From Patescibacteria group bacterium (GTDB lineage Bacteria > Patescibacteriota > Patescibacteriia > 2-01-FULL-39-33): 64,000 nt of DNA. The notes under the pieces were generated by a model. It worked only from the letters and a program-made list of their open reading frames with translations, did no database searches and was not told the origin of the DNA. The DNA lies in contig JBBTQN010000016.1 of assembly GCA_038065695.1 (NCBI GenBank), positions 11,738-75,737 on the forward strand, in the 5' to 3' direction. Both the position numbers and the translations under genes were made by a program. Each line of letters starts with the position of its first letter. The first letter of the stretch is position 1. Below, in pieces: positions 28,230 through 38,066 of this stretch.

Positions 28230-28895
28230 TTATTTGAAAATTTGCTTATCTATTTTCTTCGCTTCGCCAACAAAAAATTTTTGCCACTCGTTTGGGTTGA
28301 TTTCTTTAATCATTCTGGGATAATCCTTGACTTCTCTTACTCTTAACAATTGGCTGCCCAATTGAATCGGGTCGATGTGCCAATCAAATTTTATCTTCGC
28401 TTTTTTAATTAATCCGTCAAGCCGCCATTTTTTATCTTTAAGAATAAAATACAAATCAATAAAATCGCGCGAACGGGGATTCTGGTAGATGGTAAAAATT
28501 TTGTTGACGGCAATATCAATCAAGCTGTCAATAAAAAGCCAACTGATTTTGTTTTTCCTTTCAATCCGCGGAAAGGGGTAATAAGTGAATTCGGTCTTGA
28601 TGATTTCGCCGTTTTTAAAATGGAGAAAAAAAAGATTCCGATTGAAACTTTGCTTGAAATCAACTTTTTTAAAGCCGCATTTCTTACTGATTGATTTAAA
28701 AAAGATAAAAATCGCTTGGGAATCGACTTCTTTTTCGGAAAAAAAATCCAAATCTTCCGAAAGCCGATGATGGAGATAAAATCCCGCCAAAGCGATGCCG
28801 CCGGTCAAATAAAAATCACGGCAGATTCCGGAATTAGTGGAAACTGCCTCTAAAACTTTTTTTTGATTTTGAGTCAAGATTTTTTCCGCGGCCAT
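28230..28895 (-). CDS. AbiEii/AbiGii-family nucleotidyltransferase toxin
   Basis: FYLTGGIALAGFYLHHRLSEDLDFF, NKIFTI..RSRDFIDLY. Confidence 0.88.
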   Translation of the reverse strand: MAAEKILTQNQKKVLEAVSTNSGICRDFYLTGGIALAGFYLHHRLSEDLDFFSEKEVDSQAIFIFFKSISKKCGFKKVDFKQSFNRNLFFLHFKNGEIIKTEFTYYPFPRIERKNKISWLFIDSLIDIAVNKIFTIYQNPRSRDFIDLYFILKDKKWRLDGLIKKAKIKFDWHIDPIQLGSQLLRVREVKDYPRMIKEINPNEWQKFFVGEAKKIDKQIFK

Positions 28896-29080
28896 AACAA
28901 AAATTCAAGATATTTTTTCTTTTGCGAATCAAGACGGAGGCGGGACCAATATTTTTTTAATTCCCCTTTTCTAATTTTTTCTTTATTCAAACCAAAATTA
29001 ACCATTTGTTCAAGACGCCAAATGGCGTATTGTTTCTTGTCTTTTTTTAACTCGCTGGTTTTAACTGACCAATTATACAT
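28874..29080 (-). CDS. Small partner protein (putative antitoxin) of the nucleotidyltransferase
   Basis: 68 aa, overlaps the toxin start; MYNWSV..WRLEQMVNFGL. Confidence 0.7.
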   Translation of the reverse strand: MYNWSVKTSELKKDKKQYAIWRLEQMVNFGLNKEKIRKGELKKYWSRLRLDSQKKKYLEFLLWPRKKS

Positions 29081-29235
29081 ATAATTTATACCTATTTATC
29101 CATTAATTATAGCAAATTTTAAGTTAAAAATCAATAATAAAAATTTTCCAACAACGGCCAATTCCGAGACTGATTTATTGCCATTGTTTTGATTTTTAAA
29201 AAAAATGATTTGAAAAATTATTCTTTTTTTTAGAT

Positions 29236-29283
29236 GGGATTGCTTCGGTCGTCCCGCCAAGGCGGGACTCCCTCGCAATGACA
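29236..29283. repeat. GGGATTGC..CTCGCAATGAC REP arm with nested GTCCCGCCAAGGCGGGAC
   Basis: Abuts the map stop codon. Confidence 0.78.
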
Positions 29284-30054
29284 TTATAAAATAGTTAAAA
29301 TATCCCCGCCTTTTTCGCCGACGGCGATGGTGTGTTCAAAATGCGCCGAGAGCGAGCCGTCACGAGTGACGATCGTCCAGCCGTCGTCAAGCGTTTCCAC
29401 TTCCCAAGAACCGGCATTAACCATCGGCTCAATCGCCAAAGTCATGCCTTTTTCAAGTTTAATATTTTTAAAATCGTTGCTGATATAATTCGGCACTTGC
29501 GGCTCTTCGTGGGCTTGGTAACCGACGCCATGGCCAACCAATTGCCGGACGATTGAAAAACCGTTTTTTTCAACCTGGCTTTGGATTTCTTTGGCAACAT
29601 CAAGAAGTCGGCTACCGGCTTTAGCTTTTTTAATACCCCGCCCTAGCGCTTCCTCGGTGACGGCCATCAATTTTTTCGCTTCCTTGCTCACCCGTCCGAC
29701 TGCCACCGTCCTTGCGATATCGGTATAAAAATCTTTGTATTCCAAGCCGCAATCAAGGCCGACAATGTCGCCATTTTTCAAAATCCGATTCGGCTCGGCG
29801 AGGCCATGGACCACTTCGTCATTTACGGAAACGCACAAAGCCGACGGATAGACATGTTCGGCCCAAGCCGCTTTGTAGCCCTTAAAACTCGGCCGGCCGC
29901 CTTTTTCTTTGATGAGTTTTTCCACCAAATCATTGAGTTCCTTGGTGCCCACGCCCGGCTTAATTTTTTTTATCACCAAATTCAAAATTCCGGCCAAGAT
30001 ATGGCCGCCCTCGCGCATAATTTCAATTTCTGCCGAAGTTTTTGGTTTGACCAT
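29284..30054 (-). CDS. map: Type I methionine aminopeptidase
   Basis: SVNDEVVHG, GHGVG..HEEP, AIEPMV, SAHFEHT. Confidence 0.97.
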   Translation of the reverse strand: MVKPKTSAEIEIMREGGHILAGILNLVIKKIKPGVGTKELNDLVEKLIKEKGGRPSFKGYKAAWAEHVYPSALCVSVNDEVVHGLAEPNRILKNGDIVGLDCGLEYKDFYTDIARTVAVGRVSKEAKKLMAVTEEALGRGIKKAKAGSRLLDVAKEIQSQVEKNGFSIVRQLVGHGVGYQAHEEPQVPNYISNDFKNIKLEKGMTLAIEPMVNAGSWEVETLDDGWTIVTRDGSLSAHFEHTIAVGEKGGDILTIL

Positions 30055-30060
30055 AAAAAA

Positions 30061-30738
30061 TTATTTCACTAAATTCAGTTTATTCCTCAAATCAAATACC
30101 AGGTGTCTGACGAATTGCTGAAAAACGCCTTCAATGTGCTTTTCGCCGTCAAGGCGGATGAGAATCTTTTTGCTTTCAAAAAATTCAATAATCGGCGCCA
30201 TCTCGCCGTGATAAACCAATAAGCGCTGTCTCACCACTTCTTCCTTGTCATCATCGCGTTGGAAAAGCGGTTCGCCGCAAGTATCGCAAACGGCTTCTTT
30301 TTTAGTCGGCGAATACTTCAAATGCCAAGAATGACCGTTCTTGCAAACCCGCCGGCCGGACATCCTTTCCACAATCACCTCATCTGAAACATGGATTAAA
30401 AAAACATAATCAAGGTCAACCGCCCCGCTGATGACTTCGGCTTGGCTTAAAGTGCGCGGATAGCCGTCAATGACAAAACCGAAACGGCAATCATCTTTTT
30501 TTATCCGCTCCAAAATCAAGCGGTCCACGATTTCGCTCGGCACCAATTTGCCTTCGTTCATATATTTTGCCACTTCCAAGGATAAGGGATGAGCCGGGTC
30601 ATCTTTAATGGGGTGTAAAATCTGCCCCGAGGAAATGTGGGGAATATCAAAAGTAGCGGCCAAGAGCTCCGCCTGCGTCCCCTTGCCCGAAACGGGCGGA
30701 CCGAGGACGATAATTTCGAATGGCTTTTCGTTTGACAT
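30061..30738 (-). CDS. adk: Adenylate kinase
   Basis: GPPVSGKGTQ, DGYPRT, LID domain. Confidence 0.95.
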   Translation of the reverse strand: MSNEKPFEIIVLGPPVSGKGTQAELLAATFDIPHISSGQILHPIKDDPAHPLSLEVAKYMNEGKLVPSEIVDRLILERIKKDDCRFGFVIDGYPRTLSQAEVISGAVDLDYVFLIHVSDEVIVERMSGRRVCKNGHSWHLKYSPTKKEAVCDTCGEPLFQRDDDKEEVVRQRLLVYHGEMAPIIEFFESKKILIRLDGEKHIEGVFQQFVRHLVFDLRNKLNLVK

Positions 30739-30745
30739 AAATATA

Positions 30746-30843
30746 ATTTTAGTTTTTAATTTTTAAATAAATTCTAATTTTTAATGTTTAAAAATTAAAA
30801 CATTAAAAATTATTTAAAAATTAAAAATTGGAAATTAAAAATT
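30746..30843. repeat. Inverted heptamer spacer, AATTTTT family
   Basis: 30801-30843 is the exact reverse complement of 50587-50629. Confidence 0.85.
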
Positions 30844-30919
30844 TACAAGACACTTTTATTTTACTTTATTCTTCTTAAAAAAGAAAGCCCCTATTTAGGG
30901 GCTTCAACTGATTACCGAG

Positions 30920-32194
30920 TTAAATTTCCTCGTAATCTCTCATCGAGAGTTGGGCGTTGATTTGAGTCATAGATTCAATCACCACCGAGACCACGATGAG
31001 CAAGCTCGTGCCACCCACGACCAGAGTCTGGGTGCCGGTGATGCCCGCCGTCACGAGAGGCAGAACCGCGACCACACCCAAAAACAAAGCGCCGATGAAG
31101 ATAATTCTAGTGACGATTTTTTGCAAATATTCCGCCGTGCTCCGGCCCGGCCTGATGCCCGGGATGAAGCCGCCGTTCTTCTGCAAATTTTCCGAAATCT
31201 GGTCGGGATGAAAAATAACAAAGGTATAAAAATAAGTAAAAGCCACCACTAAGACAAAATACAAAATGCCGTAGAACAGCTGATTCTGAAAAAATTGAAT
31301 CACCCATTGAGCGGAGGCGACCAGCCAGGTCGTCTTGGCGCGCAAAAAGAGTTGCGCGATCATCGGCGGAATCAGAATGATGGAAATCGCGAAGATAATC
31401 GGAATGACGCCGGCTTGGTTGACCCGAAGAGGCAAATGGGTGTTGGTGCCGCCGTACATCTTATTGCCCCGGACTCGACGCGCGTAAGAAATGGGGATGT
31501 TGCGTTGGCCTTCGGTGATAAGAACCACGGCCGCCACCGTAATCAAGGCGATAATGCCGAAAATAATCATATTGATAATTTCCGCCTTATCAAAAGTGTA
31601 TAAGGTGCTGCCGATGGAGGCGGGCAATCCGGAAATAATGCCGGCAAAAATTAAAAGCGAGATGCCGTTACCAATGTGTTTTTCGCTGATGAGTTCCCCG
31701 ATCCACATTAAAAATATCGTGCCAGCGGTAATGGTGGACATCGCCAAAAACATCTGCCAAGAACTGAAGTTGGGCAGAAAACCAGCCGCGGATTGGCGAA
31801 GCAGAGTAATCATGCCGAAAGCCTGCAAAAAAGACAAAGGGATGGTCGCCCAACGGGTCCATTGGTTGATTTTCGCTCGGCCGTATTCGCCTTCTTTGGA
31901 AAGCTCCTCAAGCGAGGGAACGACCATCGCTAAAAGCTGAAAAATAATGGAAGCGGTAATATAAGGCGCCACGCCAAGCATGACAATGGAAAAATTCTCC
32001 ATACTGCCGCCGGAAAAGACATTCATCAGCCCCAAAAGTTGGTTGGAACTGAAAAGTTTTTTTAATCCTGACGGGTCAATGCCAGGCACGGGAATATGGG
32101 CCGCGATGCGAAAAATCACCAGCATGCCAAAAACAAAGAGGAGACTTTTTCGCAAATCTTTTATCTTCCAAATTTGGATAAGTTTATCAAACAT
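30920..32194 (-). CDS. secY: Preprotein translocase subunit SecY
   Basis: PYITASII, GNGISLLIF, GVIPIIFA, IPGIRPG. Confidence 0.98.
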   Translation of the reverse strand: MFDKLIQIWKIKDLRKSLLFVFGMLVIFRIAAHIPVPGIDPSGLKKLFSSNQLLGLMNVFSGGSMENFSIVMLGVAPYITASIIFQLLAMVVPSLEELSKEGEYGRAKINQWTRWATIPLSFLQAFGMITLLRQSAAGFLPNFSSWQMFLAMSTITAGTIFLMWIGELISEKHIGNGISLLIFAGIISGLPASIGSTLYTFDKAEIINMIIFGIIALITVAAVVLITEGQRNIPISYARRVRGNKMYGGTNTHLPLRVNQAGVIPIIFAISIILIPPMIAQLFLRAKTTWLVASAQWVIQFFQNQLFYGILYFVLVVAFTYFYTFVIFHPDQISENLQKNGGFIPGIRPGRSTAEYLQKIVTRIIFIGALFLGVVAVLPLVTAGITGTQTLVVGGTSLLIVVSVVIESMTQINAQLSMRDYEEI

Positions 32195-32235
32195 AATTAA
32201 AAGTCAAAAATAGATGAAAACACACCCGATGGGCT

Positions 32236-32691
32236 TTATGATTTAGAAGATTTTATAAACTGGATTTTCCCGCCTCCTTCTTCAATCGCCTTTTGGGCGG
32301 AGGCAGAAAAAGCATTGGCAACGACGGTTAATTTTTTGGTCAACTTGCCGGCGCCTAATATCTTGATACCATTTTTAGTGTCGCGAATCAAGCCGGCTCT
32401 GATCATCAATCGAGCATTGATAACATCGCCATCTTGGAATTTTTTCTCCAAATCAGCCAAATTAACCACGGCAAACTTTTTGTTCAAGCTTTGAAAACCG
32501 CGCTTTTTAGGAATGCGCCTCAATGTCTGCTTTAGTCCCAAGAGCTTTAAACCGCCCTTGCCGCCGGATCTCGCCCTTTGGCCTTTCATACCCCGGCCGG
32601 AATAAGTGCCGCGCTTGCCCCCGCGACCAACCCGACGCGATTTTCTTTTTGAACCTTTAGCTGGTTTCAAATTGGATAAATTAAGTGGCAT
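32236..32691 (-). CDS. rplO: 50S ribosomal protein L15
   Basis: RVGRG..SGRGMKGQRARSG; spc operon position. Confidence 0.96.
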   Translation of the reverse strand: MPLNLSNLKPAKGSKRKSRRVGRGGKRGTYSGRGMKGQRARSGGKGGLKLLGLKQTLRRIPKKRGFQSLNKKFAVVNLADLEKKFQDGDVINARLMIRAGLIRDTKNGIKILGAGKLTKKLTVVANAFSASAQKAIEEGGGKIQFIKSSKS

Positions 32692-32694
32692 AAT

Positions 32695-33207
32695 CTATTT
32701 ATTATTTTCTTGATTTAAATCTTTCTTTTCACTTTTCACCGCCTTTAATTTTTTTAGCCCCTCAATCGTCGCTTTGACGTTGTTAATCTTATTTTTGCCG
32801 CCCATTATCTTGGAAACAATATTTTCCACTCCCAAAAGTTCCAAAACCAAACGCACCGAACCACCGGAAATAATACCGGTGCCGACCGGAGCGGGTTTGA
32901 GCATCACTTTGGCCGCGCCATACTTCTGTAAAACTCCGTGAGGGATCGTGCCTTTGGTCAGGTTGACTTTGATTAAATTTTTTTCCGCTTTTTTGCTGGC
33001 CTTGCCCACGGAATCGGAAACGTCCTTGCCCTTAGCCAAGCCAAAACCGATCCGGCCCTTCCGGTCGCCGACCAAGACCGCCGCTCGAAATCTCATTCTT
33101 TTGCCGCCGGCCATGACTCTGGTGACCCGAGCGATTTCAACGATGGTCTGGTCGAATTCGGATTGCTCCTTTTTTCCCTTAAAGCTTCTTCTCTTATTAT
33201 TGGACAT
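32695..33207 (-). CDS. rpsE: 30S ribosomal protein S5
   Basis: RVTRVMAGGKRMRFRAAVLVGD. Confidence 0.97.
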   Translation of the reverse strand: MSNNKRRSFKGKKEQSEFDQTIVEIARVTRVMAGGKRMRFRAAVLVGDRKGRIGFGLAKGKDVSDSVGKASKKAEKNLIKVNLTKGTIPHGVLQKYGAAKVMLKPAPVGTGIISGGSVRLVLELLGVENIVSKIMGGKNKINNVKATIEGLKKLKAVKSEKKDLNQENNK

Positions 33208-33217
33208 ATATTTTTAA

Positions 33218-33571
33218 TTAAATTTTTAAACCGGCGTTTCTCGCGCCGTCGGCGACCGCCTTGATTCGGCCGTGGTATTTGGCTTCGCCTTTGTCAAAAA
33301 CCGCCTGTTTAACTCCTTTAGCCAGAGCTTTTTCCGCGATGATTTTTCCCAATCCGGCCGCCTTTTCTGTTTTGGTTTTACCGGTCTTGACTTCCCCGTC
33401 ACTTGCGCTCACGATGGTTTTTCCCGCTTCATCATCAATCAGCTGGGCGTAAATATGCTTCAAACTTCTAAATACCGAAAGTCGCGGGCGACTCTTCGTC
33501 CCAGAAATTTTTGCTCTCACTCTTTTCTTTCTCCTTAATTGAATTTGATTTTTTAATTTAGCTTTTTTCAT
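33218..33571 (-). CDS. rplR: 50S ribosomal protein L18
   Basis: [25 protein letters not shown]. Confidence 0.97.
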   Translation of the reverse strand: MKKAKLKNQIQLRRKKRVRAKISGTKSRPRLSVFRSLKHIYAQLIDDEAGKTIVSASDGEVKTGKTKTEKAAGLGKIIAEKALAKGVKQAVFDKGEAKYHGRIKAVADGARNAGLKI

Positions 33572-33580
33572 AACCAATAA

Positions 33581-34120
33581 TTATTTAGCCGCCGCCTTGC
33601 CGGCTTTGCGCCTTAAAACTTCATCCGCGTATTTAATTCCTTTACCTTTGTAGGGCTCGGGTTTTTTAATTCTTTTTATTTGAGCGGCCGTTTCGCCGAC
33701 CAATTGCTTGTCAATCCCGCTGATGGCGATAATATTGCCTTCCATTTTTATTTCAATCCCGTCAGGAATCGCGTATTCCACCGGATGAGAAAAACCGACA
33801 TTTAAAATTAACTTTTTACCTGACACGGCCGCCTTAAAACCAATGCCGTTTATTTCCAATTTTTCAGAAAAGCCTTCGGTCACGCCTAAAACCATATTTT
33901 TAATCAAACTGCCGAAAAGCCCCCATAAAGCGCGTTGCGACTTTTCGGTTTCGTCTTCAACTTTAATATTAAAGATGCCGTCATTTATCGCCACTTTGAC
34001 TTGGGGATGAATTTCCTGGCGCAATTCGCCTTTCGGACCCTTAACCACGACAAAATTAGCTTCTATTTTAGCTTCTACTCCCGCGGGGATCTTGATCAAT
34101 TGTTTACCGATTCTACTCAT
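33581..34120 (-). CDS. rplF: 50S ribosomal protein L6
   Basis: MSRIGK, PEPYKGKGI. Confidence 0.97.
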   Translation of the reverse strand: MSRIGKQLIKIPAGVEAKIEANFVVVKGPKGELRQEIHPQVKVAINDGIFNIKVEDETEKSQRALWGLFGSLIKNMVLGVTEGFSEKLEINGIGFKAAVSGKKLILNVGFSHPVEYAIPDGIEIKMEGNIIAISGIDKQLVGETAAQIKRIKKPEPYKGKGIKYADEVLRRKAGKAAAK

Positions 34121-34163
34121 ATTTTAAAAATATAAAAATATAAAAACTTAAAAATAAATTTTA

Positions 34164-34562
34164 TTAATAGATTTCACAGATTACCTCGCCGCCCAATCCT
34201 GTTTTTTTCGCCTCTTTGCCGGTCATCAGTCCTTGCGAAGTCGAGACGATCGCTAAGCCGTAATTATTTAAGACTTTGGGCAAATTATCTTTGCTGGCGT
34301 AAACCCGCCGGCCCGGTTTGGAAATCTTCTTGATCGAAGAAATAGCCGGCTCATTGTCTTTATACTTAAGCTGGATATTAAAACCGCCGAATTTCTTGTC
34401 TGGACTATAATCCATCTCTTCAAAACCATTAATAAAGCCTTCCTTCTTTAAAATCTTAATAATTTCCAGTTTCATCTTGGAAAAAGGAACATAAACCTCT
34501 TCTTTTTTCACTCTTGAGGCATTTCTGATTCTGGTTAGCATGTCAGCGATTGGATCAGTCAT
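34164..34562 (-). CDS. rpsH: 30S ribosomal protein S8
   Basis: [23 protein letters not shown]. Confidence 0.97.
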   Translation of the reverse strand: MTDPIADMLTRIRNASRVKKEEVYVPFSKMKLEIIKILKKEGFINGFEEMDYSPDKKFGGFNIQLKYKDNEPAISSIKKISKPGRRVYASKDNLPKVLNNYGLAIVSTSQGLMTGKEAKKTGLGGEVICEIY

Positions 34563-34676
34563 AATATTAAAAACTTAAAAATATAAAAACTTAAAAATAA
34601 ATTTTTATCTGGATTATTATTTACATTTAATATTCTCTTCATATTTTTATATTCTTGTATTTTTATATTTTTATTG
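34563..34676. repeat. Inverted 8-mer spacer, TAAAAATA family
   Basis: Same family at 34122-34163, 34863-34968, 36361-36430, 37985-38025, 43935-44012 and 49108-49142. Confidence 0.8.
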
Positions 34677-34862
34677 TTACCATGAAGATTTGCCAATACC
34701 TGGGATTTGACCGCTGGTGGCCAGCTCCCGGAAACAAATGCGGCACAACTTAAACTTTCTCATATAACCATGCCGACGACCGCAACGCCAGCATCGGTTA
34801 ACCGATCGGGTAGAATATTTTTGTTTCTTTTTTGATCTCGCGATTTGCGCTTCGGTTGCCAT
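34677..34862 (-). CDS. rpsN: 30S ribosomal protein S14 type Z
   Basis: [15 protein letters not shown], 61 aa. Confidence 0.96.
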   Translation of the reverse strand: MATEAQIARSKKKQKYSTRSVNRCWRCGRRHGYMRKFKLCRICFRELATSGQIPGIGKSSW

Positions 34863-34968
34863 AATTTTAAAAATATAAAAATATAAAACTATAAAAATAT
34901 AAATTTTGGAACTGATTATTTTTTAGATCTAACATATTTTATTCTTGTATTATTGTGTTCTTGTATTT

Positions 34969-35514
34969 TTATGATTTTTGAAAAGGAAAACCAAGTAATT
35001 TAAACAATTCAAGTCCTCTTTCACGACTTTGGGCATTGGTGGTGATGGAAATCTCCAAACCGTGGATCCGTTCCACCTCGTCAGAACGAATTTCCGGAAA
35101 AACATTATGTTCTTTAAGCCCGATATTCAGATTGCCTTGAGAGTCAACATTTTTTTCCGGCAGACCTCGAAAATCGCGGATTCTCGGCAAGGAGACATTA
35201 ATCAGTTTGTCTAAAAAGTCATACATCCGTTTTCCCCTTATGGTCACCTTGACGCCCACGACCATATTTTCGCGCACTTTAAAAGCTGATATTGCCTGAC
35301 GCGCCTTAGCGCGCACCGGCTTCTGACCGGTAATACGCATTAAATTGTTTTCCACGTTTTCCAAGAGAGCATTGTCGGTGCTTCTGGAATTAATGCCCAC
35401 ATTGACGCTTACTTTCTCGATTTTCGGCGCGGCCATTTTATTTTTCAAGCCAAAACTAGCCACCAATTTCGGCGCCACTTCTTCCTGATATTTCTTGTAT
35501 AATTTAGATTTCAT
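34969..35514 (-). CDS. rplE: 50S ribosomal protein L5
   Basis: ITGQKP, LPRIRDFRG, FPEI. Confidence 0.97.
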   Translation of the reverse strand: MKSKLYKKYQEEVAPKLVASFGLKNKMAAPKIEKVSVNVGINSRSTDNALLENVENNLMRITGQKPVRAKARQAISAFKVRENMVVGVKVTIRGKRMYDFLDKLINVSLPRIRDFRGLPEKNVDSQGNLNIGLKEHNVFPEIRSDEVERIHGLEISITTNAQSRERGLELFKLLGFPFQKS

Positions 35515-35560
35515 ATCTTAATTATTCGTATATTCGTAATTATTCGCGATTCGTAGAGTA

Positions 35561-35881
35561 TTAAATTTCTTCTTTGCATTTTTTACAAACGCGCACTTTT
35601 ACTTTTTCGCCTGATTCCAATTTATTAATTTTGTAGCCGACTCTCGCGTCTCGGCCGCATTTCGGACAAATCAAAGAAACTTGCGAAATTCTGACCGCCC
35701 GAGGGAACTGAATCCTCTGCCCTTTTTCTCCCTGTCTTTTCCCTTTTTGGTGCTTAATAATCAAATTCAAACCTTCAATCATTAATCGGCCCTCACCGGC
35801 AAAAACCTGCAAAACCTTGCCGGCCTTGCCTTTATCCTTGCCCGAGAGCATTTTCACTTTGTCTCCTTTCTTAATCTTCAT
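35561..35881 (-). CDS. rplX: 50S ribosomal protein L24
   Basis: IKKGDKVKMLSGKDKGK KOW motif. Confidence 0.96.
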   Translation of the reverse strand: MKIKKGDKVKMLSGKDKGKAGKVLQVFAGEGRLMIEGLNLIIKHQKGKRQGEKGQRIQFPRAVRISQVSLICPKCGRDARVGYKINKLESGEKVKVRVCKKCKEEI

Positions 35882-35986
35882 ATCTTAATTTAATTTGACT
35901 ACTTGATAAATTATTTATTATTTTTTCTCATCGTCCCGCCTTTTTAATTTTGATATTTTAATTTATTAATTTCTTAATTTTTTAAT

Positions 35987-36358
35987 CTACAACACCTCTG
36001 AAGCCAGAGAAATAATTTTCTGATACCCCAAATTCCTCAACTCCCTCGGTACCGGGCCGAAAACACGAGTCCCCTTCATCTCTTTTTCCTTCAAGTCAAT
36101 AATAACGGCCGCATTTTCATCAAAGCGGATATAAGAGCCATCCGAGCGGCGAACTTCCTTTTTGGTGCGGACCAAAACGGCATGGACCACATCGCCCTTT
36201 TTAACCAGGCTGTGAGGCACGGCTTCTTTTACGGAGGCAGTGACAATGTCGCCGATTCTGGCATATCTCTTTTGATAGCCGCCCAAAACTTTAATCACCT
36301 GGAGCTTTCTGGCTCCGGTATTGTCCGCGGATTTTAGCATTGACCTTGGTTGAACCAT
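35987..36358 (-). CDS. rplN: 50S ribosomal protein L14
   Basis: [23 protein letters not shown]. Confidence 0.97.
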   Translation of the reverse strand: MVQPRSMLKSADNTGARKLQVIKVLGGYQKRYARIGDIVTASVKEAVPHSLVKKGDVVHAVLVRTKKEVRRSDGSYIRFDENAAVIIDLKEKEMKGTRVFGPVPRELRNLGYQKIISLASEVL

Positions 36359-36408
36359 ATTATTTTAAAAATATAAAAATATAAAAATATTCTTGTATTC
36401 TTGTATTT

Positions 36409-36663
36409 TTATATTCTTGTATTCTTGTAAACCACCCGCCACCTTTTATCCTTACTCATCGGCCGGCATTCGATAAACTCAATCACATCCCCGATCTTGT
36501 ATTGATTCTTGGGATCGTGGACTTTATACTTTTTGCTTACTTTATATCTCTTGTGGTATCTGGGGTGCATTTTAAAACGGTCAATTTTAACCACGACGGT
36601 CTTTTCCATTTTATCGGAAACCACTTCGCCTTTGAATTTTTTTAATATTTTATTTTCCTTCAT
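36409..36663 (-). CDS. rpsQ: 30S ribosomal protein S17
   Basis: [22 protein letters not shown]. The last codons (YKNTRI*) are formed by the 8-mer repeat. Confidence 0.96.
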   Translation of the reverse strand: MKENKILKKFKGEVVSDKMEKTVVVKIDRFKMHPRYHKRYKVSKKYKVHDPKNQYKIGDVIEFIECRPMSKDKRWRVVYKNTRI

Positions 36664-36672
36664 ATCTTTAAT

Positions 36673-36861
36673 TTAAGCTTTTTTTTGTTTTATTACCGTA
36701 AGTATTCGCGCGATATCTTTCTTTATCACCCTGACTTCGCGCATATTTTTCAATTGCTTCTGTCTTACTTTAAAATTTAAATCATCCAATTTACTTTGCA
36801 TTTCCTTCAATGTTTGATTTAACTCTTCAATTGATTTTAATCTAATTTCCTTTAATTCCAT
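36673..36861 (-). CDS. rpmC: 50S ribosomal protein L29
   Basis: KKDIARILT; operon position. Confidence 0.93.
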   Translation of the reverse strand: MELKEIRLKSIEELNQTLKEMQSKLDDLNFKVRQKQLKNMREVRVIKKDIARILTVIKQKKA

Positions 36862-36872
36862 ATCTGAATTAA

Positions 36873-37280
36873 TTATTTTTTGATAATAAATTTCGCCCTG
36901 ATCGGCAATTTGTAAGCGGCGAGCTCCATCGCCTCTTTGGCTTCTTTCTCGGCGATGCCATCCATCTCAAAAATGATATTGCCCGCTTTCACCGCGGCCA
37001 CATAATATTCCGGCGCGCCCTTGCCGCCGCCCATCGTGGATTGGCTGCCTTTGTTGGTAATCGGCCGATGCGGAAAAACCCGGATCCAAATCTTGCCGCC
37101 GCGCCTGATAAACCTAGCCATCGCCCGACGAGCCGCTTCCAGTTGGGAGGATTTGATCCAGCCGCCGGTCGTGGCTTTGAGCCCAAACTCGCCAAAAGCA
37201 ATGCTGTCATTGCTGGTGGCTCGGCCTTTTATATCCGGACGATGATGTTTTCTGTTTTTTAATTTTTTTGGCGCTAACAT
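36873..37280 (-). CDS. rplP: 50S ribosomal protein L16
   Basis: QLEAARR, GKIWIRVFP, MGGGKG. Confidence 0.97.
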   Translation of the reverse strand: MLAPKKLKNRKHHRPDIKGRATSNDSIAFGEFGLKATTGGWIKSSQLEAARRAMARFIRRGGKIWIRVFPHRPITNKGSQSTMGGGKGAPEYYVAAVKAGNIIFEMDGIAEKEAKEAMELAAYKLPIRAKFIIKK

Positions 37281-37294
37281 ATCTTAATAATAAT

Positions 37295-37984
37295 TTATTT
37301 TTTCTCTTTCGTATTATCAATTTCTTTACGATTGAAGACTTCGCCGCGGTAAATCCAAACTTTCACTCCGATTTTGCCGTAAATCGTCTGAGCCGCGCCG
37401 CGGCAGTAATCAATATCCGCCCTTAAAGTATGAAGGGGAATCTTGCCGGAAAAAAGCGTTTCTTCCCGGGCGATTTCCGCGCCGTTCAGCCGGCCGGCAA
37501 CGGTGATTTTGACGCCCTTGGCTCCCGCTTTTTCCACCCGGGCAATCGCCTGCTTGACCGCGCGCCTAAACGGAATGCGTTTTTCCAAATCAGCAATTAC
37601 TCCGTACATCACAATCGGCGCGTCAAGTCCCGGCTTATCCACTTCAAAAACATTAACCGTGATATTCTTAATGCCTTTCTGGCGGCTAAAAGCGTCTTTA
37701 AAAAATTTGTTGTGGATCTCTTTTTTCAGTTCCTCGGCGCCCTGCCCGCCGTGGCCGATGATAACGCCCGGCTTGCCAGCGTAGATATTGATGCTGACCG
37801 AATTGGCCGAACGCTCAATTTCCACCTTGGAGATTCCAGCCAGTTTTAATTTTTCCCTAATAAATCGGCGCGCCGAAACATCCTGTCTTAACAATTCAGG
37901 AAACTCTTGGTCGGCAAACCATTTGGAACTCCAAGTTTTATTGATTTTTAGCCGAAAAACTTTCGGATGAACTTTCTGACCCAT
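37295..37984 (-). CDS. rpsC: 30S ribosomal protein S3
   Basis: MGQKVHP, GRLNGAEIAR, PLHTLRADID. Start moved to 37984. Confidence 0.97.
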   Translation of the reverse strand: MGQKVHPKVFRLKINKTWSSKWFADQEFPELLRQDVSARRFIREKLKLAGISKVEIERSANSVSINIYAGKPGVIIGHGGQGAEELKKEIHNKFFKDAFSRQKGIKNITVNVFEVDKPGLDAPIVMYGVIADLEKRIPFRRAVKQAIARVEKAGAKGVKITVAGRLNGAEIAREETLFSGKIPLHTLRADIDYCRGAAQTIYGKIGVKVWIYRGEVFNRKEIDNTKEKK

Positions 37985-38066
37985 AATTATAAAAATATAA
38001 AAATACAAGAATATAAAAATATTTTATTTTGAATTGTTTTTTGTTTTGTTGATTTTTTAATAACTA

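Noticed and set aside
32692-32694. Missing rpmD, r-protein extensions and short AspRS as novelties
   Set aside because: These are known general traits of CPR genomes; used here only as taxonomic evidence.
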